A stretch of DNA of 35,774 bases, from IMG/VR virus record IMGVR_UViG_3300032257_000067, positions 1 through 35,774 of that record. One strand, 5' to 3'. The stretch comes from a virus (taxonomy: Duplodnaviria > Caudoviricetes). Below, piece after piece: positions 34,410 to 35,774 of the stretch (positions are counted from its first letter, which is position 1; the number at the start of each line of letters is the position of its first letter). Both the position numbers and the translations under genes were made by a program. A model generated the notes under the pieces. The model had not been told where the DNA came from, did not search any database, and worked only from the letters and a program-made list of their open reading frames with translations.

Positions 34410-35213
34410 ATGGCTCTGGCACTCCACGCGCGCGAAAATAACTTTAACGGGACAGTTTTTAGAGGGGATTGCGTCGAGATCCGGGCCAATGGGTCACCCT
34501 TAACCCCTAAAGAAGAAGCCGCTTTTGTGGTGGCTAACGTCACCGACGCGCTATTAGGCACCCCGATCCCCACGGTGGGCCCAGACTTTACTTTTCAAGA
34601 TTACGGCCAGAGATGGTTGTTTGAATTAGATTATTCAGTATTAAATTCTAATCTCCCGCAAGACCGACACAATGTCAGAATGACCAACCCCCTTGCGAGT
34701 ACGTTGGTAGATGGGATTAGCGGTAAGGCTTTAGCCAGAATTAATGCACTGTTAGCAGCCTGGAACGCATCAACCCCGGTTATCACTCAGAATCAAATAG
34801 ACTTTGAGATTGATATTTATCAGGCGATTATTTCTCAGGGTTTTTGGAGTGTTGATCCTGTCCGTTTGTCCGAGATTGGTTTTACCCAGGTAAATTACAC
34901 CCAGGCGGGCGGCATTCACCGAGTCCAAGCCGACTACACAGGTAAAAACTCCACCACTATTGAGCGTCGAGTTATGGCCGAGGGTGGCACGGTGATCAGC
35001 AATACCGGAACCGTGATCGTGTTTGATGTAACACGCGCCACGGTCAGGACTAAATTTCTAGATGATGTAAAGTTTATGTCGCGCGGCGTTACTAGTAAAA
35101 ATCGCTGGTATGTCGGCAACGGTGTTATGAATGCCATCGAAGGCGCAGGCGGGTACATGGACACCGATCTAGCCACGTATAACGGATACATTCGGGATAA
35201 GGTCGCGGACTAA
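34410..35213 (+). CDS. Hypothetical protein, probable virion component of the fibre module
   Basis: 267 aa; AGGA RBS; TAATG-coupled to the fibre gene. Confidence 0.65.
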   Translation: MALALHARENNFNGTVFRGDCVEIRANGSPLTPKEEAAFVVANVTDALLGTPIPTVGPDFTFQDYGQRWLFELDYSVLNSNLPQDRHNVRMTNPLASTLVDGISGKALARINALLAAWNASTPVITQNQIDFEIDIYQAIISQGFWSVDPVRLSEIGFTQVNYTQAGGIHRVQADYTGKNSTTIERRVMAEGGTVISNTGTVIVFDVTRATVRTKFLDDVKFMSRGVTSKNRWYVGNGVMNAIEGAGGYMDTDLATYNGYIRDKVAD

Positions 35214-35774
35214 TGGCTGAGTCTATATCCATTGTTGATCCTGACACTGGAGGCAGCCCAGCAAGGGACTACGCCAGCCTGAGCGCATGGGAAGCCGCTG
35301 AGGGCGCTGACATGGGCGCTGATGATCCGGTCGCTGAGTTACGCTGCACCTCCGGATCGGCAGATACGACCAATGTCACAATCAACGGTTTTAGCAATTA
35401 CGGCAAGATCATTATTCGGGATTATGACTCCACCGGGCGGGCCTCGACTGAATGGAGCACTAGCGTATATCGTCATTCGGGCAGTAGTTATCAGCCCATT
35501 AATTTAGCCTTAACCGATATTGAATTATGGAACTTACAGGTTGAACACAATCCTACCAGTGATGGTCATGCCTGCGTTCAATGGACTAATGTCGATATTT
35601 TAATGGACGGCTGTCACATCACCACCACCGATGTAACTAATTCCAACAACCGAGCTATAGATGCAGGCTACGTCACCGGCAACACGCTAAGCACAATTAG
35701 AAACTGCATTGTAGATGGCTTTAGCGGGACTACTCATACAGGGATTTTCCTCAATTATTATGGTACGTCTGGCG
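35213..35774 (+). CDS. 5' part of the junction-spanning fibre/spike protein
   Basis: MAESISIVDPDTGGSPARDYASLSAWEAAEG...STIRNCIVDG; open to the window end and continues at the window start. Confidence 0.85.
   Translation, partial: MAESISIVDPDTGGSPARDYASLSAWEAAEGADMGADDPVAELRCTSGSADTTNVTINGFSNYGKIIIRDYDSTGRASTEWSTSVYRHSGSSYQPINLALTDIELWNLQVEHNPTSDGHACVQWTNVDILMDGCHITTTDVTNSNNRAIDAGYVTGNTLSTIRNCIVDGFSGTTHTGIFLNYYGTSG
35688..35774. repeat. Terminal direct repeat (87 bp), copy 2
   Basis: Identical to 1-87. Confidence 0.95.

Noticed and set aside
1213-35507. Numerous short antisense or alternate-frame ORFs in the track (e.g. 1213-1515, 3719-4048, 16017-16454, 30871-31158, 35322-35507)
   Set aside because: They overlap motif-supported genes and show no recognisable protein features.

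Overview
The window is an apparently complete, circularly permuted ~35.7 kb genome of a tailed HK97/lambda-like siphophage. Bases 1-87 are repeated exactly at 35688-35774, and one gene reads through that junction. The + strand carries a fibre/decoration module, HNH, a probable cos site, terminases, portal, protease, capsid, a six-gene glycosylation/methylation block, connector and tail genes, and lysis genes. A leftward early arm carries an ERF recombinase and many small ORFs. A rightward early/middle arm carries a Cro-like HTH, YopX, an MT-A70 methylase, NinB, NinG and a Q-like regulator. I recognised no integrase, CI-type repressor, polymerase or helicase. The standout is a self-contained cassette at 8801-9892 inside the glycosylation block: promoter/operator, a stand-alone RAMP/Cas7-like gene, non-coding arrays of GTT-NN pentamers punctuated by GTCT, and an Aca-like HTH. 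Reading only the variable NN dinucleotides as codon positions 1-2 (third base skipped), two array units spell near-copies of motifs in this phage's own capsid gene (17/22 nt) and glycosyltransferase gene (15/20 nt). This suggests an RNA-guided system with a gapped, wobble-skipping code aimed at closely related competing phages. All protein calls are by-eye motif and synteny recognition; no database searches were run.
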